DNA of 64,000 nucleotides, taken from NCBI RefSeq assembly GCF_044704955.1, contig NC_091980.1, positions 130,200,001 through 130,264,000 of the forward strand, written 5' to 3'. The stretch comes from Pristiophorus japonicus. Taxonomy: Eukaryota. Shown piece by piece: positions 44,895 through 62,228 of this stretch (positions within the stretch are counted from its first letter, which is position 1; each line of letters begins with the position of its first letter). The position numbers were made by a program, and so were the translations under genes. The notes beneath the pieces were generated by a model. The model ran no database searches. It saw only the letters and a program-made list of their open reading frames with translations, and was not told the origin of the DNA.

Positions 44895-46589
44895 AGGCTT
44901 GTGACTTTGTACAAAGAGCTGAAACCCATAACTGTAAATAAACTGTTCAACATTGGGCTGTGTTTTGTCGCCTTGTAAGTTTGAGTGGTTACTTATTTTT
45001 CATTTAACATAACTTGGTTTCCATCGAACAAGAATTACACTGAGCTTATATGGGATTCAGTCCTTTGAAATGTGTTTTCCTCTCGTGTAATGTCTATGTA
45101 TTGACTGGGACATTCAGCCACCTGTTATAACTTCTAAAATGTTCAACGGTGTGGTCAGACAACTGACAGCCCCATGGGATACTGGCCCAGTAACCAAAAG
45201 TCTGGTCAGAGGTATGTATTAAGGACGTACAGAGAGGCATCTCTCGAGCTTGGGACGGAGAAACTGTATACAATTACCTGTTACAACTATCTGTCTTTGT
45301 ACAAATGACAATTCAATCCAACAAGATGTAATATCTGTTAAACACAGGGCCAATTTGCCAGTAATTCATTGTTGCACCATTTCAGTCCAGTGAAGAAAAA
45401 GTCCTGAATTAGCTTCCTATTTAGTGTATGTGCCTCGTGAACAGCAGTTTATATTCAATAGCCGCAACAGATCCTCTTCAGTTATACAGGTAGTTCAGTA
45501 ATGGGACTCACCACTGCTGCTATAGGCTTGCTGTTAAGCTTTGTAGGCAGACAAGCAATGTCTCAGCACACTGAACTCTGGGCACTACAATTGGATGAGG
45601 AGGGAAAGCATCAGCTGTCATCAGCTTGCTGTCACAGCTTCAGTGGTTAGTGTGGATACCCGAGTCTGGTGGTTCTGGGACAGCTTCTCTTCTGCCTGCT
45701 CCCCTCATGGTTGAATAACTTGTCAGCACAACCTCCATTCACATGAATAAGGAATTGGGTAAAGTATTGAAAGACTAACGATACTCCAACAAAATGTAAT
45801 GCTTGGGGAAGGAGCAAATGTATTTAATTCCACAAAGCAAAAGGTACAAGATATTAAACCCATTTCTACCCTGGCCACAATGTATAAGCACTCAATTTAT
45901 AAGCCTACTATCAATTATTTTTTTAGTACCATTGTGAATTTCATTACTATCACCCTGGGTTAGATCTCCATTTCTCTCCTTCGTGGCGGTGAATGGATAC
46001 AAATGGTATTGCTGCAGCTCCAATAATCCAGTGTTTACAAGTTATTTTTAGGAATTTAGCTGAGAACTGTGTTGAGTGCAATTAAATTGCCATGTACAGA
46101 CATTCCACATTGATGTCTTGGCAATACTCAAGCGCCTTTGGGATATCGATGTTACAAAATTTCAAATATTGATGAGCCACAGTTCCACGAGTCGGCCTGG
46201 GTTTGCGTGCTGAAGGGTTTGATGGCTTCATGTATCAACAAAGTCTCCAGCTCACTCGATGTGAAACTTTACAGGTGCTCGTGTTTTAAGAATTACTTAC
46301 AATTTACAGCACAGAAAAAGACCATTCGGGCCAACTGGGCTAGGCTGTGGTTTTTGCTCCATGTGAGTCTTCTCCCACCCCACTTCATCTAGACCTATTA
46401 GCATATCCTTCTATTCCTTTCTCCCTTGTGTTTATCTAGCTTTCCCTTAAATGCATCTATGCTCTTTGCATTCAGAGTTATTACTGCGTGTAGCTCAGTA
46501 AACGCACCGCTGCTGCTGTGGATTTTCTGTTAAGCTGTGTGGGTAAAGAAGTGAGTGACAGCTATCGAGCCCAGCAATGTTTGAGCTCA

Positions 46590-49500
46590 AGGACAGCATT
46601 TATTGTCCATCCCTAATTGCCTCTGAGAAGATGCTGGTCAGCCATATTCTTGAACCGCTGCAGTCTTGTGGTGAAGGTACTCCAACAGTGCTTTTCGGGA
46701 GGAAGTTCCTGGATTTTGCCGCAGTGACGAAAAAGGAATGGTGATATATTTCCAAGTCAGGTTGGTGTGTAACATGGAGGTGAACTTGCAGGCATTAGTA
46801 TTCCCAAACTTCTGCTGCCCTTGTCCTGCTAATTGCTAGAGCTCGTGGGATGGCTTGTGGTGCTGAAAAAGCCTTGGCGAGTTGCTGCAGTGCATCTTGT
46901 CGATGGTACACACTGCAGCCATGGTGCACCGGTGGTGGAAGCAGTGAATGTGGAAGGTGGTGGATGGGATGCCAATCAAGTGGCTTGCTTTGTCCTGGAT
47001 GGTGTCGAACTTCTTGATGATTGCTGAAGCTGCACTCAGCCAGTCAAGTGGAGAGTACTCCACCACACACCTGACTTGTGCCTTGTCGATGCTGGAAAGA
47101 CGTTAGGTGTCAGGAGGTGAGACACTCACCGCAAAATACCAAGCCTCTGGCCTGTTCTTATTACCAGACTTTTTATGCGGCTGGGCGAGTTCAGTTTCTG
47201 ATCAGCGATGACCCCCAGGGGTTAATGCTGGGGAATTCAGCGGCAGTGAATGTTAAGGGTGGGTGGTTAGACTCTCGCTTTTTGCAGATAGTCATTGCCT
47301 GGCACTTGTGTGGTGCCATTGTTACTTGCCCATTATCAGCCCCACACTGAATGTCATCCAGGTCTTGCTGCATGTGGGCATGGACTGCTTCATTTTCTGA
47401 TGTCTTGCAAATGGAACAGAACACTGTGTAATCATCAGCAAACATTCCCACTTCTGGCCTTTATGATGGAGGGAAGTTCATTGATGAAGCAGCTTAAGAT
47501 AGTTGGGCCAAGGACACTGTCCTGAGGTATTCCTGCAGAGATGTCCTGGGGCTGAGATGATTGACCTCCAACAACCACTTCCTTAGTGCTAGATATGAGT
47601 CCAGCTCATCGAGAGTTTTCGATATTCGCATCGACTTCAATTTTGCAAGGGCTACTTGATGCCGCACTCCATCAGATGCTGCCTTGCTGTGAAAGGTAGT
47701 CACTCTCACCTCACCTGTAATTCAGCTCCTTTGTACATGTTTGGACCAAGGCTGCAACGAGATCAGGAGCTGAGTGGTCCTGGCACAACCCAAACTGGGC
47801 ATCGGTGAGCAGATTATTGTCGACAAAATCTTCCCTCACTTTGCTGATGATTGAGTGTAGACTGATGGGGTGGTAATTGGCCTGAATGGATTTGTCCTGC
47901 TTTTTCTGGACAGGACGTACCAGAGCAGTTTTTCACATTGTTGGGTAGATGCCAGTGTCTCTGTACTGGAACAGCTTGGCTAGAGGTGTGGCCAGGAATT
48001 TACAGATTGTGGTGCAATACAATTCTGCAGTTGCTGATGACCCACAGTGCCTCATAGATGCCCAGTTTTGGGCTGCAAGATCTGTTTTGAATCTATTCCA
48101 TTTAACACTGTGGTCAAGCCACTCACCACGAAGGAGGGTGTCCTCCGTGTGAAGACAAGACTTTGTCTCCACAAGGACTGTATGGTGGTCACTGCTACCA
48201 ATGCTGTCATGGACAGATGAATCTGTGACAGGTAGATTGCTGTGGATAAGATCAGTCGGTTTTTCCCTTGTGTTGATTTTCTCACCATCTGTCGGAAGCC
48301 CAATCTGGATGCTATGTCCTTCAGGACTCAGCCCGCTTGCTCAGTGCTACCGAGCCCCTCTTGGTGATGGATATTGAAGCCTATTGCTAATATCAGTGCT
48401 TCTTTCAAGTGGCCTTCAACATGGTGGAGTACTGATTCATCAGCTGAGGGAGGGCGGTAGGTGGTAATCAGCAGGAGGTTTCCATGTCCAAGCTTGACCT
48501 GATCCCATGAGACTTGTTAAGGTCCAGAGTAATGTTCAGGATTCCCGCTAAACCCTCCCGACTATATACCACTGAGCCGTCACTTCTGGTGTGACAGGAC
48601 ATACGCAGGGATGGTGAAGGAGGATTCTGGGACATTGGCTGAAAGGTATGATTCTGTGCTTATGACTATGTCGGGCTGTTGCTTGACTAACCTGTAGGAC
48701 AGCTCTCCCCATTTAGGCACAAGATACCAGATGTTAGTGAGGAGGACTTTGCAGGGTCGACTGGGCTGGGTGTACCATTGTCATGTCAGAAGCCGGTGCC
48801 GAGATCAGTGCCGGGTTGTCCATCCTGTTTTATTCTAATTATTGTTTCTCGTAGCGGTTTGTTATAACTGATTGGCTTGCTGGGCCATTTCCGAGGGCAG
48901 TTAAGACTCAACCACATTGCTTTGGGTTTGGAGTCATATCGGCCAGATTTCCTTCCCGAAGGACATTAGTGAAGCAGATGGGTTTTTACAACAATCCGAT
49001 AGCTCCCTGGGCAACATTACTGATACTAGCTTTTTATTCCAGATTTTAATTTAATTAACTGAATTTCAATTCCCCAGCTGCCGCGGTGGGACTTTGGATC
49101 ATTAGTCCAGGTGTCCTTGGAGATGGAGCACGCGGTGTCCACCGGTACACTCGCGGCCTTCCGTGAGAGGTGGGCAACGGAGGGACTGGAGTGCATCATC
49201 ACGCCCGGCAACCAAATTTTAATTTGATTTTATGTTGTTAAGTTAATTTGTTTTAATTGCCGGTGCTATTAGTGTCCCCCTCCCCTTTTATAGGGGGCAC
49301 TTGGAGAAAAAATACGATTTTGTGCCCCAAAAAAAACCCCACAAAAATAAACACAAAAAAATAAAAGGGCCTTGTAAATGTTTGCTGTTTCCCCCAGATC
49401 GGGGGGCATGGTTTAATGTTTTTTGTTTGCTCCCAAAAGAGTTCATTGGTCCAGTCCTTGAATTACTTGTCCAGTAACATAACCACTGTTTTACCGTACT
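46590..49500 (-). mobile_element. Decayed CR1-group non-LTR element with tRNA/SINE-like head (paralogue of 15510-18016)
   Basis: GMFADDYTVFCSI (47191-47451), ALAKLKSM, PLAKLFQY; head about 48850-49500, interrupted by a Tx1-like insert. Confidence 0.8.
49111..49442 (+). mobile_element. 5'-truncated Tx1/L1-like LINE 3' end with about 12-bp TSD
   Basis: VSLEMEHAVSTGTLAAFRERWATEGLECII plus 3' UTR; TSD TCATTAGTCCAG (49099-49110) / TCATTGGTCCAG (49443-49454); absent at the paralogous site near 17972. Confidence 0.75.
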
Positions 49501-50177
49501 CTTTGCATCTCTCAATGGCACTTTTGGAGTATCGATGTCACCACAATTCATACGTTGATGAGACACAATTCTACAAGTCATGTTGGGTTTTGCGTGCTGA
49601 TGGGTTTGACGACTTCATGTTTCAGATAAAACAAATTCTTCAGCTCACTCGATGTGAAAAACTTTACAGATGCCCTTGTTTTAAGAATTACATAGAATTT
49701 ACAGCACAGAAAAAGGCCATTCAGCCTGGCAAATTGCAGTGGTGAGCGGTTCTTCTTGAACGTAAAACGCATCAAGAATGAGGTGAGGAACCGAATGGGA
49801 CAAGATTGATTTAATAGTCTTTCAATCATGAGCATGGAGAGCGAAGTACTGAGAGGACTTGACTTCACACACTGAGCCTCCTCCCAACCTCATTTAACCC
49901 GATCAGCATATCCTTCCAATCCTTCCTCCCTCATGTGTTTATCCAGCTTCCCCTTAAACGCGTCTATGCTTTTTGTCTCAACTATTCCTTTTGATAGCGA
50001 GTTAAACATTCTGAACACTCTCTGAGTAAAGAAGTTTCTTTTGAAGTCTCTCTTAGATTATTAATTCTAACTTTCTATATAATTCTATGGAGATCAGAAC
50101 TGTGCGCAATACTCCAAGTGTTGTCTAGCCAAGGTTCTATATAAACTTAACATGCTGCACAGGGATGTGGTTCAGTT

Positions 50178-51679
50178 CACCTCAACCGTGTTCTCCCTGT
50201 GGCCGAGGAGCTCCTCCTGGAGTCACAGTGCGTATTTCGGCCCCTACGGGTAACAACGGACATGATCTCTGCAGCACGCCAAGTGCAGGAAAAATGTAGG
50301 GAGCAGTGCCAGCCCTTATACATGGCATTTTTCGATCTTATAAAGGCCTTTGAGACAGTCGACCTTGAGGGCTTATGGAGCGTCCTACCTCCATTTTGGA
50401 TATGCCCAAAAGTTTGTCAACATCCTTCGCCTGCTCCACGACGACATGCATGCCGTGATCCTTATCAGCGGATTTGTGACAGACCCATTCCACGTCTGAA
50501 GCGGGGTCAAACAGGGCTGCTTCATCGCTCCAACACTTTTCTCAATCTTCCTCGCTGCCAACTCCACCTCACTGTCAACAAGCTCCCCGCTGGAGTGGAA
50601 CTAAACGACAGAATCAGTGGGAAGCAGTTTAACCTATGCCCTCTCCAGACCAGTGCAAGACCACCCAAACCTCTGTCGTTGAACTGCAGTATGTGGACGA
50701 CGCCTGCGTCTGCGCACATTCTGAGGCTGAACTCCAGGATATAGTCGATGTATTCACCGAGGCATATAAAATCATGGGCCTTACACTTAACATCCTTAAG
50801 ACAAAGGTCCACATCAGCCTGTCTTCACTGCACAGCACGACCCCCAGACATCAAGATTCACGGCGTGGCCCTCGACAACGTGGACCACTTCCCATACCTC
50901 GGGAGCCTCCTGTCAACAAAGGCAGACATTGATGCGGAGATTCAATGTCGCCTCCAGTGCACCAGTGCAGTCTTCGGCTGCCTGAGGAAAGGAGTGTTCG
51001 AAGACCAGGCCCTCAAACCTACCACCAAGCTCACGCTCTACAGGGCTGCAGTAATACCACCCTACTGCATGGATCAGAGGCATGGACGACTTACAGAAGG
51101 CACATCCAGTCGCTGGAGATATATCACCAAAGATGCCTCCGTAAGATCCTGCAAATTCCCTGGGAGGACAGATGCACCGACATCAGTGTCCTCGCGCAGG
51201 CTAACATCCCCAGCATTGAAGCACTAACCACATGCGATCAGCTTTTCTGGGCAGGCCACTTAGTCAACATGCCAGACATGAGACTCTCTAAGCAACTGCT
51301 CTATGCGGAACTCCTTTATGGCAAACGAGCCAAAGTTAAGCAGCGGAAACGTTACAAGGACACCCTCAAAACCTCTCTGATGAAGTGCGACAGCACCACT
51401 GATGCCTGGGAGACCCTGGCCGAAGACCATCCTAGTTGGAAAAAGTGTATCCGGGAGGGCGTTGAGCTCTTCGAATCTCAACGCTGCGAGCGTGAAGAGG
51501 TCGGGCAACGGAAGAAAGGTGTGGTAAATCAGTGCCACCCATCGCCTTCCCCCGATGAATATCTGTCCCATCTGTGACAGGGCCTGTGGCTTTCATGTTG
51601 GACTGTTCAGCCACCAAAGAACTCACTTTACGTGTGAAAGCAAGTCTTCCTGGATGATGAGGGACTGCCGATGATGATG
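50178..51679 (+). mobile_element. 5'-truncated RTE-clade LINE (paralogue of 21707-23200)
   Basis: LYMAFFDLIKAFETVD, VELQYVDDACV, QRKRYKDTLK; same GGTTCAG flanks. Confidence 0.88.
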
Positions 51680-52749
51680 GGTTCAGCTGCAGGTATTTCT
51701 CGCTCTGAACTCAGAACTGCGCCAATGGTTAACACTCATCTGTGCATTTTTATCTCTAGAATTGACTATTTCAATGCTCTCCTCCTAGCCTAACATGCTC
51801 CATAAACTTAAGCTTATCCAAAACTCTGCTGCCTGTATCCTAACACACACCTAGTCCCACTCACCCATAACCCCTGTGCTTGTGGACCATCATTGGCTCC
51901 CAGTCTGACAGCGCCTCATATTCAAGATTCTTATCCTTGTATTAAAATCCCACCATGGCCCCTCCCTCACCTCTTTTCACAGCACATTGATAATATCGGT
52001 GCTGTTTCCTGCTCTCACAATAAACTGGAACATTTAATTCACTATGTTCCCAATTTCCACCCTTCACTCACCTTCACATGGTCCATTTCTGTCACTTCAA
52101 TTCCCTTTCTCGACTTCTCTGTCTATCGTCTCAGTCTATTAGACAAATATCCAATGAGTTGTTTGGATGTTGCTTCAAACCCGCAGATACCTGCAAATGA
52201 TCAACCCACTGAACAATCCAGAACTATTAAAAAAACACTGACTCGCAAACAACAGAGGAATCAATGAAACTTTCAAGGTGGCCATTAACTGGTCCAGGCA
52301 GAGCACGGTCGATGGGATGTTCTCTCCGTCTGCCTGCCTCTCTTCCGCGGCGATATCCGTGCCCAGGTATCCCTGAATTGGGAGCACGCAGTGTCTCCCG
52401 GTATGCTTGAGACTTTCCGTCATCGGAGGGCACCAGAGGGAGGGGAGCGCAGCGTGGATACAGGGAAATAATGTAAAATTTTTAAAGTTTTTATGTTAGT
52501 TTTGTCATAATGTGGATCTGACAGTTTGTTCCCCCTTATAAAGGGAGCACTTATGGTTTAAGTGTTTCCGATAGCGGAATTAAACATTCCAATTAATTAG
52601 CCCAAAGAATAGAGAATCCAATCAAACTTGTGACTCTGGATATTTGAGGAACGTTCGGACAATTGAGATCCTCATTGAGAAGTCAGCCAATGATGTTCAT
52701 TCTTCAAAGATCTGACTGGCTCTGGGAGTCCATCTCCCTCCTCCCTTTA

Positions 52750-52850
52750 CTTGATTGGTGCTCTGAGAAGATGCAACTTCTGATTGGGTATTGATGACTG
52801 TCACTCATCATCAAGAGTGCCACACCCTGGATTATCCCTCAGTATAAATA
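52750..52850 (+). promoter_or_regulatory. Core promoter of ferritin copy F: two inverted CCAAT boxes and TATA box
   Basis: ATTGG at 52754 and 52783; TATAAATA 52843-52850; ATG 52926; homologous blocks upstream of copies C and D. Confidence 0.65.
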
Positions 52851-52925
52851 TTGGAGTTTGAGTTTGGCTAAATGTTATCTTTGTATTTTGAGAAAGTTTT
52901 TACTTTGGAAGAATAAAATATTAAG

Positions 52926-57160
<4,235 letters not shown>

Positions 57161-57729
57161 AGCTTCTGATCAGTACTCTTGTTTATACAATATGTGTGAG
57201 ACTCTGTCCTACATAGAATGATGGCTTTGTACAGGCTGAGACCTGGGCTCTTGATGTGAAATGTAATCGACTGTAAATAAGCTGTTCAATATTGGACTGG
57301 GTTTTGTCTCCCAGCAAGTTAGTGGTTACTTATTTTCCATTTACCATAACTTGTTTGCAGCACAAGTATTGCATTCGGCTATGCAACAATCATACATTGG
57401 CCTCCTGTGCTGTAACCACTCAGCTGGCTCTCCAAGAGCACTTCAGCTTGTCCTACTCCCTTGCATTTTCCTTGTTTCCCTGCAATGTTTTTCCTTCATG
57501 TACTTGTTCAATCCTATGATTGAAAATGTCTTCACCACCCTCTCGGACAGTGCAATCCAGATATTAACCACTCATTGCATAAAAGTTTATCCTCATGTCA
57601 GCTGTGGTTCTTCTGTCAATTGTCTTAAATTTGTGTCTGCTGGTTCTCGTCCCTTCTACTACTGTTAATAGTCCTATAATTTGGCTCGTTGCTGGGGTAA
57701 TTTCAATATATTGACAGTTATATTCATAA

Positions 57730-59680
57730 AAACATAAATGCAGTCGTTGTCCATTTTGGTTCTGTCAAGACTGCACCACCATTAAATATGATCATAACTA
57801 ATCCTTTACCACCACCATGTTCATGCTTTTACCCCATAGCCCTTGATGCCTTTTGTATCAAGATATCTCATATCCTTCTTAAATATATTCAGCAATTGGG
57901 CTCCACTGCCTTCTGTAGTCAATAGTTCCCCAGTTTCCCCATCCTGAGTGAAAACATTTATCATCTTTGCGCTAAATTTCCTACAGCATAGTCTGAGCCT
58001 GTGACTTTTTATTCTCAACTTCCCAGCAAAGGGCTACTTCCTCCCCACATCCAATCTCTCCAAACCAGTCTGAATTTTATGATTTAATAAGATCCCCTTT
58101 CACTCTTCTGGTGAATACAGGCCTGGTCAAGCTATTCTCTCGTCATACGACAATCTTTACATCCAAGGAATCAGTCTGGTGGAACTTCGCTGCGCTCTTA
58201 AGGAGACCCAAAACTGTGCACAATACACCAGGTGTAGTTTCACCAAGGCCATGTATAATTGTAGTAAGACATTCTTGCTCCTGTACTGTGGAAAAATTGT
58301 AAATATTAAATTTGGGTTCCTCCTCCAAATCTATTTATATATGTGATTAGTTGGGGCCCAAGCACCGATCCCTGTGGTATCCCACTAGTCACGACTCACC
58401 ACCCAGGAAAAGACCTGTTTATTCCGACTGTGTTTTCTATCAATTAACCAATTTTCAATCCACAGTCTATTACCCCCAATCCCATGTGCTTTAATTTTTC
58501 ACACTAACCTCTTGTGGGACTTTATCAAAGGCCTTCTGAAAATCCAAATATACGACATCCACCGGTTCTCCCTTATCTAATCTCAGTTACATCCTCGAAA
58601 AAAACTCCAGTAGGTTTGTCAAACACAATTTTCTTTTCATAAATCCATATTGACTTTGTCTAATCCCGTTGATAGTTTCCAAGTGTCCTTTTATCACATT
58701 CTACTAATGTTAGGCTAACCGGGCTGCAATTACCTGTTTTCTTTCTCCTTCCTTTTTAAAATAGTGGGGTTACATTTGCCACCCTCCATTCTGCGGCAAC
58801 TGTTCCATAATCTGTAGAAATTTGGACGATGATAACCAATGCAACCACTATTTCCATGGCTACCACTTTTATTCCTCTGGGATGCAGATTATCAGGCCCT
58901 GGGGATTTATCAGCTTTCAGTCCCATTAGTTTCTCCAGCACTATTTTCTGACTAATAATCATTACCTTTAATTTCTCTTGCTCACGAGATCCTTAGTTCC
59001 CTAGCATTTCTGTGATGTTATTTGTGTCCTCTTCTGTAAAGACAGAACCAAAGTATTTAATTGTTCTGCCATTTCCTTGTTCCCCATTATAAATTATCCC
59101 ATTTGTGACTGAAAAGGACCTTCATTTGTCTTTACTAATCTTTTTCTTTTTACAGACTGGGAGAAACTTTTACAGTCGGTTTTTATGATCCTTGCAAGAT
59201 TAGTCTCATACTATTTTCCTCCTCTTAAACAATCTCTTGGTCCTTTTTTGCTGAATACTAAATTGCTCCCAATCCTCAGGATTGCTACTTGTTCTGGCAA
59301 CTTTGTATGACTCCTCTTTGGATCTAATACTATCCTTATATTCTTGTGTAAACCATGGTTGGGCCACTTTTCCTTTTGTGTTTTTGAAGCAGAAAGGAAT
59401 GTATAATTGTTGCAATTCATGTATTCGTTACTTAAATGTTAGCCATTGACTATCCACCATCATGCCTTTTAATGACTCTTCCCAATCTATCATAGCCATT
59501 CCTCATACCTTCATAGTTTCCTCTGTTTAGATTTAGGACCTAGTTTTGGATTGGACAACTTCACTTTCAATCTTCATAAAGAATTCAATTATGTTATGAT
59601 CATTCTTCCCTAAAGCACCCCGCACAAAAAGACTATTAATTAACCCCTTCTCATTGTACAATACCCAATCTACAATAGGT
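57730..59680 (-). mobile_element. CR1-type LINE ORF2 remnant (paralogue of 7545-9490)
   Basis: ORFs 58756-58962 and 59206-59415 nearly identical to 8556-8762 and 8954-9226. Confidence 0.85.
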
Positions 59681-59720
59681 ATTCAGACATGTTGAAGATC
59701 TAATTTCAATTGTACGTATA

Positions 59721-59925
59721 TGTAACGACTCAAAAATCTGGTTCCTGTAAACTCACTCAGGTGCAACATCATCCATCTTTATTCCAGCCCAAGAGTGCCA
59801 GTGTGACAAAGACACCCAGCTTATATACAGGTGATCAAGCACACATGCCACGTGTGTCCAGCCCAATGATCTCCGACCGCGGCGCCCTCTGGTGTCTTGT
59901 GACTACCAAGCATTAATACACAAGA
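59721..59925 (-). mobile_element. Solo LTR with perfect TSD GTATA
   Basis: gtata (59716-59720) | TGTAACG...caaga | gtata (59926-59930). Confidence 0.72.
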
Positions 59926-60277
59926 GTATATCTTGCAAATTGTATTCATGCATTTCAATCTAGCGTTGCAATGCTGTAATACAACAAGTGAAAATGTTCA
60001 CGTTTGTTCAGCCACATAAGGCAGTGAGACCACAGGTACATTTTAGTGTCTTAAAGGAGGCAGAGAGGTTTACATAATAACATGCTATGCCATTTGGCAC
60101 CTCGAGCCTGTTCCGCCATTCAGTAAAATCATGACTGGTCTGATCTTGGTCTCAATACTTTCCTGCCTGTTCCCCATAACCCTTGACTCCGCTATTGTTC
60201 AAAAATCTATCTATCTCCACCTTAAATGTATTCAATGACCCTGCCTCCACACACGCGCACACACACACAGACACACA

Positions 60278-60525
60278 CAGTACTGAGTGAAAGCCGCACT
60301 GTCAGAGGGGCAGTACTGAGGGAGTGCCGCACTGTCAGAGGGGCAGTACTGAGGGAGTGCCGCACTGTCAGAAGGGCAGGACTGAGGGAGCGCCGCACTG
60401 TCAGAGGGGCAGGACTGAGGGAGCGCCGCACTGTCAGAGGGACAATACTCACAGGATTCTTCACTGTCGGAGGAGCAGCACTAAGGGATTGCCACACTGT
60501 CTGAAGGGCACTACTGAGGGATTGT
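60278..60525 (+). repeat. About 32-bp minisatellite
   Basis: About 8 units of cagtactgagggagtgccgcactgtcagagggg after a (CA)n tract. Confidence 0.87.
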
Positions 60526-62059
60526 TGTACAGACTCATGTTTGATTCAGGTTGGTCAACTGTGCTCATTGGTGGCATCTCCCCTGAAAGGGTAGTGCCTG
60601 TGGTGTGATTGGTGGCTCCGGATCTGAATCACTGCCGCACTCTCTGCCCCATCTAAAGCAGAGTTTTAATCCAAGGGATCACCTCTCATCAGCTCATCGA
60701 GAACTGAACCACTTCTGCACTGAAACCAGACGTCACGGCTTTGAATCTCCGGGATACACCAGCATGAAAGGTCAATGACCAGAGGGGAGAGATGAGGACG
60801 ATTATTTTAACGCAGGGAGTTGTTGTGATCCGGAACGCACTGCCTGAAAGGGCGGTGGAATCAGATTCAACAGTAACTTTGAAGAGGGAATTGCATATAC
60901 ACTTGACAAAAGTTGCAGGGCTATGGGGAAGGAGCTGAGGAATGGGACGAATTGGATGGCTCTTACAAAGTGCCTGCACAGGCACGATGGGCCGAATGCC
61001 TCTTTCTGTGCTGATAGAATCTATGATGAGCCAGACAGTTAGAGCATACCTGAGCCTCATCATTTCAATCAGATTTAAATATTCATCATTTCAATCAGAT
61101 TTAAATATTCTTTCGAGTCACTGAAAACCGACTGTGAAAGGACACGTCTAACACATCAAATTGAGGGGCAGGAAAAGACCAGCTGGTCCATCAAGCCTGC
61201 CCCAAAACATGCCGGAGCAAATCATAGAATCATAGAATGGGTACAGCACAGAGGGAGGCCATTCGGCCTATCGAGCCCGTGCCGGCTCTCTTCAAGAGCA
61301 CTTCAGCTCGTCCCACTCCCCCGCCCTTCCCCTGCAACCCTGCTATTAATTTTTCCTTCAGGTACTTATCCAATTCCCTTTTGAAAGCCACGATTGAGTC
61401 TACCTCCACCACCCTCTCGGGCATTGCATTCCAGATCCCAACCACTCGCTGCGTAAACATGTTGACTTTGGTTCTTTTGCCAGTCACTTTAAATCTGTGT
61501 CCTCTGGTTCTCGACCCTTCTGCCAATGGGAACAGTTCCTGTCTATCGACTCTGTCCAGACACCTCATGATTTTGAATCCCTCTATCAAATGGAGATGTG
61601 GGTGACAATGTGTTCAGTAATGTTCACTCCCTCTCATTCTCACTCAATATATTGAATTTTACCAGACATCATTCCATGAGAATAAAAATGAAAGATTGTT
61701 GATGCCCCCATGTAGCCAATCCTCAGACACATGCCCATTCTCTGTATTCGAACTGGGGGCAGTTCACACCACCCACAGGATGGAATTCCCATTCCACTGG
61801 CCAATGCTTGGTTTGTAAATGCACCAAGATGACTTGATTGCTTTGAATATTGTCTCAGTGCCACAGAAACTTGCAAGTAACAAACTTCGCCAGATTATGA
61901 AAAACCCCTTTGGAGAAAGTCGAAAATTATAATTTCATTCAAGTGAGAGCGTTAAACAACGGCACACTTTCAGATTTGAAGACGTTCAAGGAACCCAAAG
62001 GCAGTGACATCACCAAGACTGATCTCCCCCAGACCCCTCCTACAAATCCCCTCTCCTTT

Positions 62060-62160
62060 GTTAATTGGTGCCTCAATTCCTGATTGGCTCTGAGGGATTG
62101 TCAATCATCATTGGTGATGTCATACCCTGTTTGACTGCAGCTGTTCCAATAGTATAAATA
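62060..62160 (+). promoter_or_regulatory. Core promoter of ferritin copy G
   Basis: ATTGG at 62064 and 62083, TGATGTCA at about 62115, TATAAATA 62153-62160. Confidence 0.62.
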
Positions 62161-62228
62161 TAGGAGCTTGTGCAAGACTGTGTGAGTTTCAGAATTGTGC
62201 AGAGGATAGTGAAATATAGATAGTGAAG

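Noticed and set aside
60278-60525. 32-bp repeats as a CRISPR array
   Set aside because: Units are contiguous with no unique spacers, derive from a SINE body, and lie in vertebrate DNA with no cas genes.
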